A stretch of DNA of 63,986 bases, counting the filler, from Gonapodya sp. JEL0774 (Eukaryota): the NCBI GenBank assembly GCA_027604505.1. It is 3 parts of 3 records of this genome, joined end to end, with 100 filler letters (N's around TTAATTAATTAA, not from the genome) between each part and the next. Parts side by side here need not be neighbours in the genome. Positions count along the whole stretch, not along the records: positions 26,769 to 53,376 come from JADIIX010000221.1; 2 more parts are not named here. One strand, 5' to 3'. Positions 37,191-50,616 of this stretch are shown here, one piece after another. Both the position numbers and the translations under genes were made by a program. Numbering within the stretch: the first letter of the stretch is position 1; each line of letters opens with the position of its first letter. The notes below the pieces were generated by a model. It saw only the letters and a list, made by a program, of their open reading frames with translations. It made no database searches and was not told the origin of the DNA.

Positions 37191-39564
37191 TTATCTCTTG
37201 CGTCGGCGTTCGACAGCTTTCCCCTTTCCTCCATTGTCTGCATTCCGTTTTCCCTTCACCACATTCTCATCATCCTCCTCATTCCACCTCCCCCTAACGA
37301 CCATGTTGTCATCACTGCCCTCGATCCACCTTCCTCTGAACCCTCTCTCGGTAATGCTTTCGTTCCACCTTCCCTTCATCCCCTTGTCATCATTGCCCTC
37401 CTTTTCGCCTTCCTCCTTGATCCTTCTACCAGACTCGCAACAGTGGGTGAAGAAGAGTCTAGCTTCGTCGTCAGACTCATTGTAAATCCTGTACTGGTTA
37501 CCACGGGGTACGAAAAAGCTGTCACCGGGCACCGCTTCAAACTTGTTGCGATTTATGAGGACGCTGACACGGCCCAACAGGACACAAAAGACCTTGACGT
37601 TCAACATAACATATATCCATCAACAACCTGGGTTGATGCGTAGCTGATGCGCTCTCAATCAATGTCTCACCATTGCGTTTGTTCTCGTGTTCTTGGCTGG
37701 CTTCTCACCCCCAGGAGGTATGAGCATGCTCCCCGCTGCACAGAACTCTCCTTCCGAAAATGTCTTGGCAAACCGGTACGACTCGTTCGCCACTGGTCGA
37801 AGCGGTACGTTGGCCAGAGGAACAAAAACCTCTGTAAGTGCAATATAAAGACGTAAGTACAGTGAGACTGCCATCGAGTGCCCCGAGGTATCGCGCACAC
37901 CAAGCTCACTCACTTTTGAGAGCTTCCACACCATCGGGCCACACGATAACGTGTGCATCACCATCTTCGCGACCTTCTGCACCTTCTTCGGTCTCTGGAA
38001 GCGCTCTTCGCGCCTTGATGGAACTCTTCATCGCGTCGCCAATTTGCTTCTCCATCGATGGACCTCGAACTTTCTTACGGGGACCACCACCTTGCCCTCC
38101 TCTCACCCTCTTGGTTCCACGAAGCATATCTGCAGACGGTGAATACGTCTCTTTCCGTGGTTTCCTCTCTCGTTTCGAGTTCACATCCGGTGGAAGATAG
38201 TTTCCGATGAGTCGTTCCAGTACAGTTGTTACCTTATTCCTGGTCCCACCGGGCGTCGTTTGATAAATGGATCGATCAGGATTTCGAGGTGTGCGTAGTG
38301 CTGATGAGGGTGCACCACTTCGCTGAGCGTGACGTGGTGTGGGGGGAGTGGAAGGTGGGATTGGGGATGGGGGGGCACCTGGGCCGCCATCATCGAGAAT
38401 CTCGACACTTTCTAAACTGTCAACGGAGATGGCTCGCTGGCGTCGGACAGGGGATAGAGCTGGCTGACCGGACCCGAGACTAGGGCTTCGTTCTTGTCGA
38501 GAGGAAGCGGGCGCGGGAGCGGGGGAAGGTGGGAGGCGAGCGGGTGAAGAGCCGGCTAGAAGGCCGATACGAGAGCCTGAGCGCCGGGGTGGAAGACCGA
38601 TGGTCTCGTCCACGCGGGAGGGGAAGGAAGGGCGTCCTCGAGACATGGCGCGACCCGACGAGCTGGCCCGACGAGGTCCAGGAGAAAGAGAGACCTCAAA
38701 GTCCGCTTCGCTAATATGCTGCTCCGCGGCAATTGGGCTGGGTTGCTCGTCGGCTGCGCCGAGGATCTGCTTGCGACGGGAGGAAGAAGAACTCTTTGGA
38801 AGCTCGTCAGGTTCGCCAGACTGTGTGGCCGGTCCCCCAATCGACCGGGGCCGACCACGTGGAGCGGAGCCGGTGAGTGATTTTCTAGCGGAGCGGGTCG
38901 TGAAGGTCGCTTGGGAATCCACGCAGATCGGGGATACGGTAAGCTCCGTGAAGTGAGGCAATCATCTTCAACGTGGGACATCATCCATGACTTCCATGAG
39001 CTTGGACAGTATCAGTGCCATGCTACCCTCTGGTAGGTATTCCTGTTGGTCGCGGCCGGGTTTCATTCCCCACGGCAGGAATATTTTGTCGCTGTAACAC
39101 ACCATCCTCATTCTTTCTCTAGCGTGCATTTGACGCGGAGTGCTACTCACTTATTACTGTAGTTGTGGTAGTATTCCTGGCATCATCCGCATGGTGCGCT
39201 TCCTCATCTTCAACTGCTTTCCAGAAGAGGGCAGGGTCCGCTGTCCCGTGAGCCGTATACGGTACACCAGTGGGAGCTCGCAGGCCCGTTTTCCTGTAAG
39301 TTTCCAGACAAAGAAGGGAATTAATTTTGAATTACTGTCCTGCATGCGGCGGTTGAAACGGAAAGCTCACCGTCCCCTCACTCCAGGCTCGTAAACCATT
39401 GTGGGTCGCGTCTTCCCAGAGCGATCCTTGATAGCGCGTAGAAATTCCATACGCAGTTTTGATATTCCAGAGTTCAACGTGTTCAACGGCAATGAATTGG
39501 AGTACACAATTCAAATAATAGGAATCGCTGTACTCACTCGCGGCGCTTTCGAAGCAGACGACAT
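37191..39564 (-). CDS. MIF2: Centromere protein CENP-C/Mif2 homologue
   Basis: N-terminal YEPGVRGR-KTGL (Mif2_N-like); disordered S/P/R-rich middle; C-terminal cupin FAKTFSEGEFCAAGSMLIPPGGEKPAKNTRTNAM-VFCVLLGRVSVLIN...GDSFFVPRGNQYRIYNESDDEARLFF. Confidence 0.85.
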
Positions 39565-40112
39565 GGCAAGTCCAATTGCACGGCTTTCCAGTAAGTGATA
39601 GCAAAAGATAAAATGATGGTAGTGGTGATGGCGTCAGTCGGTGGGGATTTGGTGCAGGGGATGGGACAAAAGGTCGGAGAGTCTGATCGATTTGGGAATC
39701 CACCGGCGGCACTTCAACTGCACAGATCGGAATCTGAAGCGGGCGATGAAAATCGTTCAACGCCTGAGGACTCGTCCCAGCTCCAGTTTTCACTTGGGTG
39801 AGGATGATTCGAGCACGGGTGCCTTTGCACCAATAGCCATATATTTGGTGCGCCATCGCCAAAACACGAACCTGGAGTAACGGATTTATCTTCGCTCCAA
39901 GTCAGCGCACACGGTTGCATAGTGCGGTGCTTTATGACTCCACAATCCGTCTTTCGGAGCAAGTCACCTGAGTAAATGGTAACGAGGAATTTAAAGAGGA
40001 GCATTAAAGGATCATCTTATTAAGGATTGGGATTAATCCAGCAAGTGTAAGCAAGTATATGTACGTTTGCAATGTAAGAAAGTCGTTTGCTGCAGTCTAC
40101 CACCAGTTCCCT

Positions 40113-43100
40113 TTATCCAGAACCGAACAGCCAATCCCCCTGTTCTCCCTGCTGAGATGTGTCCGCCATCGGCCTGGATCCCTGCGCAACAGTCCTTATT
40201 GCCATAACACTCCCCGTTGCGTTGGATTTGGGGACCTGCCGGGAGCTGTATCCATTTGCGTTCCTTCTCGTTGAGTGTGCTGCTCGAGATTGATCTTGCG
40301 CTGACACCGGCTGTCGAGAGCTGCCAGCTTGTTTGCCGTATGGGTCTACCCTTTCGGAACCGGCGATTTTTGTAGAAGAAGCCAGAGATTCTTCACGATG
40401 AGAGGCTAGATTTTGTTTCGAGGTAGGCGGAGGAGCTGGTGGCTTCCTCCCGGGAACTTTGGAATGTCGCATGTCGACAAGGTCATACGGATCATTCACA
40501 GAACTCCTCCCATTCACGGCAGTCTCGTTCATCTTGGATTTTGCAGCATCTGCAGGTGTTGCGCCTCTAAAATTAGATGCATTTTGACTTCGATCGGCAT
40601 TCGCGATCATCTGCGCGATCAGTGGAGGAACAGAGTGAGTACATTCTAAAAATCCAAAATCCAAAATGGAAATTCCTACTCACGTTTGGACCTTTCGAGA
40701 GCGGTGCGTGTCGATCCTGCTCGTACAGGGGTCAACACAACTGGTACAGAAAACCACTCAACACAACCTTTGTACTCACTGCTTGACATCTCACAGTCGT
40801 TGATTGGGCACTGACATCCGAGTCATCAATGTCCTCCTCCATCGCACGATGTTCGGACTTTCGCATCTTGCCTCGTGTTACTTGGTTTCTGGTCTTGTCA
40901 AACTCGATGTTGTTTCGTTGCTGAGACACCGCATACGCACGCTAGAATGAAAACCATATTTTCAGTTCGGAGTCTCCACATGAAAGTAGCTGTAACTACG
41001 GCAATCAAAGTAACGAACCTCCCCCCGTTGATCCATATCAGTGCGATCCATTGTTTTGTTCACATTCAACATCTCCTGCCTCCCGACTCTCCTTCGAGCC
41101 CTTGCCGACAGACCACCACCGTCACTTTGGTTGTCCTTATCAATATCTGTTAGCACTTGTTCCTTTCGCTTCCGACCGGGTGCCTCACGACGCTGAAGGA
41201 TCGGACCGTGCGATGGAGGGATCTGCAAAATCGGTATCCGACTGGATCTGAGAAGTTCACCCTTATCACCAGACTACGCAGCACAAATACCTTCAAAAGT
41301 TCATTTTCTTGGGTCGGTTGAAGTGTTGATGCTGTCTCGTCCATCGCATCGTGTTGACGGGGATGCTGTGGCATCCCTGGTGCGATTGGCACATTACTCG
41401 TTAAAGGAAGGTCCGTGATCGGACGAAATCTCTGACTACTGTGATGTTGTTGTTGTGATGGCTCGACAACAAATGGGTCAGAACTCATTTGGCGCTCGGA
41501 TATCTCGTTTTCCACTTCGATGAGAAGACCCAGTCCCTTGTAGGCGCTGGTTTGTGAACTTGTCGACCGTCGTTAAAAGCCCACACAACTCACTTCAATA
41601 AGTTCTTCTGAAGATTGAGAGGCAGCGGCCTCTGCTTGCGCATCATTCAGAGGAGTAGCCGGGTGAGAGTTTCGAGGACCACTGGGATAGCCCCTCCGAA
41701 TCTCCCGCTGGATTTGTTGTTGAAATAGAGTCGCGCGCTCGGCGGCACAAAGTTTTTCTTGCAACTTCTCGAGCTCCGCCTTGGCTTCGCACGTTTCTTG
41801 TTGCGCTTTAGCTGCGTCTTGCCGCGCCTCATACGCATCTCGCTGCGTGTCCTCCAGTTTGTTGGCAATGTCTCGAAGTCTCGAAATCTCTTGTTGCATA
41901 TCTTGGAGTAATTTGTCTTTCTCGGATACGTTTGTACGCAGCGTCTGGGCCTCGCTTCCCAAGTTCGAAAGGGTAGCGTTCATCTTGAGTGCTCCTGCCA
42001 TGAGCTCTTCGATTCTTTTCGCCTTCGCTCTCTGTAATCATGAGAGCAAGTATGTATTTGCATAGATCGCAGCACAGAAACCCTACTGTGATCGACGATT
42101 TTGTCGGTACTCACCAGCTCCTCGTCCTTTTTGTTTATTTCCCGGGTCTGGTAACTACACAGCTCCTGCGTTCTGGCTTTGACCGCATCATCTACACGGG
42201 TCTTCACAGCGTCTTCAGTGATGAGCAACTTTGCTGCGGCCTTTTGCTCGTCGAGCTCCACCTGGAAAGATGGCAATCGCGTGATATGGAGGGTGACGTT
42301 GAAGCCAAGAGAACACTTATTCTGCCGAGAAACAACGCACCTTAATCTTCTCCAATTCAAAATTTTTCCTCTCCACAGTCGTCTCCACTTCCCTTTTCGC
42401 TTTACGCTCTTCTTCGAGCAAGCGATGCAGTTCGGCGACTTCAGTCTATGGTAGTTCGACGGGGGATTGAAAGAGAGTGATGGTAACCACATCCTTGTAT
42501 GTCTTAGTCACCTTCACCCCATTCAATGCGGTTGAGTGCTGAGCCTCCAGTGCCTCTTTGGCACTTTGGAATCGACTCTGTGGACAACGGCAGCTCGCAC
42601 CGTTGGTTCATTGCCGCATAAGAGGATTTCATGACATACTCTCACCTTTTGTTCTTTCAGTTCTTTTTGGCGAGCACTAGAAGAGAAGCCCGCCTGTGGG
42701 ACCGGCGAAACCAGTAACGAGACTTTGCAAAACTCACATTTCGGCAGCGTCAGCGGACGCTTTTGCTTCCTCTCCTAGTTTTCTGATTTCTGCCTCCAAA
42801 ATTTGCTTTCTGAATCGGAGTGAACAACGTTTGAGCTTTTAATGGCGTCGTGATGTCTAAAGGCTCCTCACTCGTGTCTCAGCTGTTCAGTTTCCACAGA
42901 GAGCCTGCCGATCTGATCATCCCTGGTCTGAACACTTGATCAAAGGTCAAGAAATCATGAAGATATGTTGACATAAATGATAGCTGATGTACTCTTTCAC
43001 TTACGCCACATGACTTTCGTTCTTCAGTTTCGTGATTTGAGATGCAGTTTCCTCTCCAGCAGTTTTGAGGCTCGAGATATTTATTTCCAACTGAGATATC

Positions 43101-45740
43101 CTGGTAGTCAACGATTCTCTTAGTGTAACAGGTTTGAGTTGTTCGTCAGAAATCCATCCCTCACTCTTTTATTTTGGCTTGGATATCCGACTCGAGCTTG
43201 ATCTTCAAATCTTGGATACTCTTTTCGGAATTTGCCAGTTCGGATCGGTAGGTCTCCAGCTCTGATCGAGTCCTGGAGGGAAAGATGAACAAGTTCTCTG
43301 ATTCCGCCGAATGAATCTCAAAACGCACCTTTCAGCCTCCACCGAAAGCTTTTCGAACTTGTTCTGTGATTCGGCTAGTTTTCTTTCAGAGCTTTCGAGT
43401 TGCTTCCCAAGCTCCGCGACACGCTGCTCGAGGTTGGCTTATCATCGAGGGAAATTTGTTGTCGGCATCAAATGTAGAAACCTCAACAGATTAGGGAAAC
43501 GACTCGAATACCTCTTGAGGATTCAGTACTCGTCAGCTTTTTTCTGACTATTTCAAACGATTTCTTTGAAGATCCCAATCGATCGATGAGAGCGTGACAC
43601 TTGCGATCCAACTTTTCGACTGTGCAATTTACAATGGTGCTTTGAGTGTTGTTCCCGTCCCTAAAAATTGAAATTCGATCCACTCACCCTCGTGAGCGAG
43701 AGCTTCTTCCTCAAGTTTGGCGCGATCTTCCGATGCTTTTGCCCGATATGCTCGTGTATCCGCCTTTTGCCTTTCCTTTTCAAGCTCCAGAAACATCCGC
43801 TGTGCATCCTCGACTTGCTTTTGAAGGGGTCGAAGTTTAGCCAGAGCAGATTTGCATAAAGTTTCCAGACGGACACGACTAGAAAGCCGGGTCGAGACGG
43901 CGGCGAAACAGGCAGTCAGCTGGTGGACGAATGCAGGGGGCTTTGCATGTGCTGGGGACGCACTCATCTGTCTCTTCCTTTACAATCGACACGGATTCGC
44001 TGAGACAACCTTCGCCAGGTCTTGAAGGTGGAAGTTGCTTTCCTTCAGCAGCTGTACATGCGAGCATTGCCTCACGAAGGCATCGATCGCGAGCTCTCGA
44101 GGCCTCCCGAAGGCGAAGCTCCAAATGAGCTATCCGGGCGCGTAAACGTGTCGCTTGATCAAGCAGCTATCAAAGAAACAAGTCTATCTCGAGTTCAGAG
44201 GAGGTCTAGGGTTTATCACGCACCTCAGCTTTCCCTTTTAATTCCTCATTTCTTCGAACTCTTTCCTCCTCTTCGCGACGACGATCCTCCTGATTTCGAA
44301 TATCAGCTGCCATAGCAAGAGCCAGATTTGATGTGAGACCGCCTGGGCCACCGTACGGAAGCATTCCTCCTGAGCCGCCATTCGGGCCACCGGCGGATGG
44401 CCATCCCCACGCAGGAGACGACGAATGTGGTTGAAAGGGTACCAAAGAGCCTTCAAGCATATGCGTCGAAGTAGATGTCAAATTTTGCGATTGCCTGATC
44501 GGGAGCTGCTGAGGCTGCCGCGGAGTGGTGGTCAGCGCAGGGGGGCGAGGTTTTTTGGTGGGTACTGGACCATCATTGCGAGATGGCGCAACAGGTACAC
44601 CGGGGTTAGCGCCAGGCGCGGAACGCTTTAGAGTTTTTTGTTTTGGTGGGTCATTTGCTTGAGTACTAGGCTGTTGTGATGACGCTGGTTTCTCCTGTTG
44701 TGTTTCGAGTGGGAGAGCGCGGCGCTTGGGCAGCTGCGTTTGAGGCTGGGGCTGCGAGGTTCCCGCAAAATCGTCGACGGCGTTCGGTTTTCTAGGGGCG
44801 CTAAGGCTCTTAACGCCACGAGATTGGGAGATTGGAGGTCTGGTTTCGGTGCTGCTCGACGATGTGTTTGAAGGAGCGGGGGAGGGAAGATACGAAGTAT
44901 GGAGGCCTTGACGAAAGTAAAGGAAGAATACCCGTATTTTAGAGAAACCTTCAAGCACGAACAAATTTGAAACCATCCATTGGGGACTCTTTGGCAGAGG
45001 CGTCAATCCACTCCGATTTTGCTCAAGAAAGGCGGCTTGAATCGCTCGTCACCTCCCCTACTGTGAATCAACTCCAAAAAGTCCTTCACTTACCTTGCCT
45101 ATCACCGTCTTCTCCCATCTCGTAGCCAACGCTTGTTGAACCAGCTTGCTCCGCGTCGTAGATGTCATTCATTTCACCTCTGGAACTTCCCACAGAATCT
45201 CCCGATTCTTTTCGGAATCCCTCCTCCTGGTGGGTCCCGTTCGAAAATTCTCGATAAAACTGTTGATTCGCCTCGGTAGGATGAACCTGACGCGACTTGT
45301 TTTGGGAGTTTGGGGGCTCACTGGTGGGAACTGTCGATTTCCCGGAGAGAGCCTGATCCGCGTCGCAGAGGACACGGTGATGTTGGATTCAACGGGAAAA
45401 TAGCATTGCAAGTCACCAGATTGGAAAGAGAAGGGAAAAGTACCCGGGACTTCTTCTCCGTCGCCTGCCCTTCCGGACTCACCGCGGTATTTCCCTGTGC
45501 TGCAGAGGCATGAAACCTCGTCAAACCAGTTTTTTTCTCCCCAAAGTTGAATGTAGTCAGCTGTGGGCGCTGCTGCTGCTGCTGCTGTTGCTGTTGTGGT
45601 CCGTTGACAGAGAATACCCCCATCGGTCCCCGTGTCACACCTTTCGAAAAGGGATTCGACACATTGGGAGCTCCAGCATTTTGAGATCCGGGAATGTTTA
45701 TCGCAAACGGCTTGGGGCCTTGTTGGCCGTTCTCATTCAT
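40113..45740 (-). CDS. Large multi-exon coiled-coil protein with disordered termini
   Basis: Many short minus-strand exons rich in E/K/Q/L heptads (about 41570-44250), flanked by Q/P/S-rich regions including a polyQ at about 45568-45595. Could be more than one gene. Confidence 0.6.
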
Positions 45741-46199
45741 GCTTTGTGGGATGGGTTGGAGGCCGGTGCGCTGTGTGCCCAGGATATGGCTGGGTGTCCT
45801 TTTTTCGATTCTCACGTCGAATTTAAGTCGAAGATAATCTCAAAGACTGAACCTGCACAGTCCGAAACAGATATTTATGACAAAATGAATGCAAATTAGT
45901 CCGACCAGCGCTATTTTGCGTTATGGTAGTCCGCCCCGCCGAGATACTGCCACTCCGAAGCGCGCTCAAGATTCCAAGATAGTCCGGTGAATACCTATGT
46001 ATCATCAACATATTTATCATCATCATGTTGTAAAAACGTGCCTCGTTTTCGTTCCAACTTTGAGAGCGAATGCTGCAACCACAACTCCCAGCACGACAAA
46101 TCCAAGCAGTGCACAGAAATTGTACCCTGCAAGCAAACACGATTGTCAATAACAGGAACAAAATAGACAGCGGGATGTATCACTCACAGTAACCATGGA

Positions 46200-49100
46200 T
46201 AACGCAAAGATCCGAATTCAAAACCAACGAGTCGCAACTTGACGTGCTACTACTACTCGAGGAGGGAAGGACGGGGAAATCGTCGCCGAATTGGGACTGA
46301 CCGTACATGCACATCTAGTGAGAGCAAGGAGAAAAAGTGAGTGGATAAGGTCAACATGACGAGCGACGATCAGGGAAATCGATAAAGGGGTCCCGAAACT
46401 CACCGCAAACTGGGCGGGATCACCATCTGATTTCGTGATCAACAAAAAATTAAAATAGCGGAAGCCATGGCATCGTCAATTTTTATAACCATTATGAAAC
46501 AAAGCTCTCGCAAGGGCGATACCCACATCTCGCCCACGGAAGCAACTTGTGAATGGACTCAAAGTACCCAGAGAAGCACGAAGCGACAAAGGCCAACATC
46601 GAGGCGAGGACAACCCCGACCTCAATTTTGGGAGATATGGCACCTGTAAGGAGAAGGGTGTCGGTGATTCGAGGTATGGAGGCGAATTGCCATTGTGCCC
46701 CAAAGCAACTCACCAATTGCCAAACCAACAGCCAGCCAGTACGAGCTAGATGCACCAGACCAAGAGCGTTGGTGGAATCGGTTACTCCAAATCACGTTCA
46801 CTCGACACGTCTTATCATCCTAGGTCAAGCCGACCCCGTCTTCTCGCGACAACACTCACGTATACACAACGTTTGTGAGCGCAAACTTGACCACATCGGA
46901 CAGTCCAATGGTGACCCAGAACACGAGAGCTTCAAACACTGCAAAGAAGCAGTAGAGTGGGAGGAGAGCGATCCAGCGGGCGAGGAAAAGGCTGGAGGGT
47001 GGTTGCGAAAAATACCGGTGAGAAGTTCACCACATGGGGGGGCAGGTCGATCGACGGGGTACATCACTCACGTGGTCGCTCGGTACATAAACGAGGCTAC
47101 AAAAGGCAGGAGCGTGACCCGAATAGGAACGTCGAGGAAACGCGCTCGGTCAAACAAGGCACGGTCAAGAGTAGGCGCGGGGTCATCCCTCTCACCTCGT
47201 TCCCTCCGGATAACATCTCTGTTGGTCAAAAAAACCGTGATCGGGTGCGTTCCGAGCTGGAACGCGATGGAAAGTTCTGTCGACAGACCACGCGAGGGGT
47301 GCGGGGGAGCCAACAGGCAAACGGGCATCAATTTGAGCACAGGCGCTTCCCTTCCTCAAACCACGCGGTGCAAACAACCAACAACTCACGGTAGAGGTAC
47401 AGCGCTCCGAGTCTAAATCATACAAAAAGAGACGAGACGGCCAGGGTAGAGCCGTCCAAGACGAACAACGCGCGGTCATTCCAAGGTTCCCGGTGCCACA
47501 GCATCACTTTGGCAGCACCAACACTCACAGTGAGGCCAACCCGTCGGCCGTGGTGACGTCGACACGCCAAAAGAGCAGCGAGAAGAGGAACACGAGACCG
47601 ACCGAGGCGAAGGCTAGAAGGTCGTCGTAAAAACAAAAAAAGTAAATGAAAAAAAAGTAAATGAAAGAAAGAAAACGACCAGACAGCCCGCACATCGGGT
47701 TCCGGTTTTCGCACGTGTCAGACTGCCGCCGCCCATCCCGCCCCCTTTTTTCTCCCACCCCACCATCCCCCCCCCCACCTTTTGTCCTAATGAGCACGAT
47801 ATCCCTCGTGACGAGCGTGACTGACAGCTTCACGAGCTCGACAAACTCGGTGCGCCACGACAAGGTGTAGGATTCCACGGGGGCGTCGTAGGGGCGGGTG
47901 AGGGACATGCGGGAGGATACTTGGTGAGCACCGGGGAGGGGGGGTGGGGTGGTGGTTCGTGAGAGTGGATTCGAAAGGGAGGAGATAGGTGGGAGGTGTG
48001 AGTGTGAGTGTGAGTGTCAATGACCGCCCCGTCTTCCCGTCCCTTCCCTTGACGCACCGCACCAAACCCCCCAACCCCTACCCCTACCCCTCTGGATTGT
48101 CTCACCTGCTCTCGACACCGACGCCCTCCCGTACCCCTTCTCCTCCCACGCCTCGTGCAACATGGTCATCCGCGCCCGACTGGCCTTTTCCCGGACAGCG
48201 TCACGGGTGTCCACGGTGGACACGTCGAGCCACCTAGCGGGGGGGGGGGAAGTGGGAGGGGTGAGTTGCGCACCGCATCGCTCGGCACTGCACTGCGCCG
48301 ATACGCTTTCCCCGCACACCCGCACCGCACTGCCCCCCCCCACTCCCGGCTCCGGCATCACAACCCACCAATCGGCCGGATTGGTCCCTGCCGGCACAGG
48401 AAACCCCACGCTTCCGAAATGTTCCACCGCGCCTGCCACGGATCCGAAATACACCGTCCTTCCCTGCGCCATGACGGCCACCTTGTCAAATAGAGCCAAC
48501 ATGGTCTCTCTGGGCTGATGCACCGCGACGGCCGCGGCCCGGGCGCCCCGTTTACACACCCCGCGGAGATGCTCGACCACCGAGAGGGCGTGGAAGGCGT
48601 CCAGCCCCGAGGTGGGTTCGTCGAGGAAGAGCACGCGGGGGTGCCCCAGGAGTTCGACGGCAAGGGAGAGCCGTTTGCGTTGGCCTGTGGAGAGCCCGGG
48701 CATGCCGAGTTGTGGGGCGCCAACGGGGGTGGCCAGGGCTGCGAGGAGGCCGAGCTAGGTGGGGGATAGGAGAGGATGGAGGGGATGGCGGCGTGCGGTG
48801 AGACAGTGCATCCAACGGTGCGTTGCGGCGCCGTGCAACCCCCATTCCCCATTCCCCCTTCCACCACATTCGCCCACCTCCCCGGCCACGTCCTCCACCC
48901 TTGCCTCCATCTCCTTTTTCCCGGCCCCCTTCATCCTGAACCGTGCCGAGTAGGTCAACACCTCGCCCGCGGTCAGGCGGACAAAGTGGGCGTCTTGAGC
49001 TTCGACTGGGAGACGGGGGGAGGGGAGGGATTGGAGAGGGGAAGGGGGGAAGGGGGAGGGGGGATGGGACAGGACGGGAGGTGAGGTGAGGTGGGTGCGC

Positions 49101-50616
49101 GACGAGGCACCTCGGGACACGGCCAGACCATCCCGTCCCGCCACACAACCCGCACAAAACACGAAACCACCAAACCACCAGATCACGAAACGCCGATCCT
49201 GCGCTGCGAAGCCGTCGCTCGCTCGTCACACTCTTACTCCCGCCCCGTGAACAGGTGCACAGTCTCTCACGGCACACAAGGTTAATGGTACTAGACCAAT
49301 GGGTGTCAATTGGGCCATCCGGACGGACCGCCGAAGTCTCTCACCGGGGGGCGGCAAGCCTCGCACCGTCTCGCCAACGCTCGCGCGCTAACCCCCTAAC
49401 CACCCCCCCACCCCCCCCTTGCCCATTGCCCACTCACCAAACCCATACTCCCTGGGCCACTTATCCCTCTCCCTCTCCTTGCCCCCAAAGGTGATTTCCC
49501 CCGAGACCACGCCGCCTCGGGGTATGCGGCCCGAGAGGCAGTTGAGAAGGGTGGTTTTGCCGGAGCCGGAGCCGCCCAGGAGGGCGAGGAGGTCGCCTGG
49601 CGGGGTGGAGGGGGGGGAGCGGTGGGGTGGAGGGGGATCAGCACGCGGATACTGTCACATGGGAACTGTCCCATATACACTGATCCATATGACATATGAC
49701 CAATCACACGTGAACTCTCCCACGTGAATCCCATGTGAACTGTCTTAAATGGCCTGACCCATATGACATGTGAACTATCTCACTTCCGGTTCGACGGGAC
49801 ACATATGGACCGCAAGGTTCAATCGCCCCCGGCGGACTGTGCCCGTCGCTGACGCTTGGGCGAATATGCCCATATGGACCGCAAGGTTCAATTGCCTCCG
49901 GCGGACTGTGCACGTCGCTGACGCTTGGGCGAGGCGCTCGCTGAAGCTCCCGCTGGGATTGACCCACCGTTATGCAAGGACCCGCTCAAACCAAACAAGA
50001 CCTGAGTCCTGCCGTTTCCGTTTCCGGCTGGCCCGGCCCTGGCACCACCACCGGATGCCCTTCCAGTCACCGCTCTCAGTGCACCGACAACGGCGGGGAG
50101 TGCGAGTTGCTGTTGCTGGGCGGGGACGGTGTAGGAGAGGTTTGACCAGCGGAGGGTGGGAGTGGCGGCGGCGGAGGTGTCGGGGAGGGAGAGGGGGAGC
50201 GGGGAGGTTTTGCCCGAGGGTTTGCGGCGGGAGGAGGTGGAGGGAGGGGTGTGGGAGGGGGCAGAGGGAGAGGGGTAGGGGCGGAGGGGGAGGTCGCCGT
50301 GGGGCGGTTGGGAGGAGGGGTCGGTGTCGGTGTCGGTGTCGGAGAGAGGGAGAGGGGAGGGTTGAGAGTCAGGTATGGGAGGAAGGGAGAACCTTGCAGA
50401 TCGGGTTTGGGTGAGAGATGCAGGAGCGGGAGCGGGGGAGGGAGTTGGAGCGGGAGGAGGAGGAGGAGTTGGAGAGGGGTCTGGAGGAGGAGGAGGAGAG
50501 TGGGAGAAGGATGAAGAATTGAGGAATGGCAGATGAGAGGAAGAGGATGAGGAAGAGTGGGAGTGGGAGTGGGATTGGGCTGTGGCTGTTGAGTTTGTGT
50601 GGGCGAGGGGGAGCAT
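46200..50616 (-). CDS. ABCG (White-type) half transporter, NBD-TMD
   Basis: LRWSNLSYTV; Walker A GGSGSGKTTLLNCLSGR; signature LSTGQRKRLSLAVELL; Walker B VLFLDEPTSGLD; H-loop VHQP; GTNPADW. TMD remnants FSLLFW, VFLTNRDVIRRER, FLDVPIR, CFSGYF. TMD exons are divergent and the 3' end is uncertain. Confidence 0.82.
49650..49800 (-). repeat. Intronic array of (A)TGGGACAGTTCAYATG-like units
   Basis: Repeated catatg/gtgaactgtc motifs in an ABCG intron; homologous to 53150-53275 in the opposite orientation. Confidence 0.75.
49802..49932. repeat. 69-bp tandem duplication in ABCG intron
   Basis: 'catatggaccgcaaggttcaat(c/t)gcc(c/t)ccggcggactgtgc(c/a)cgtcgctgacgcttgggcga' at 49802 and 49871. Confidence 0.9.

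Noticed and set aside
46553..47416. 287-aa plus-strand ORF
   Set aside because: Antisense shadow of the ABCG transmembrane exons; not protein-like.
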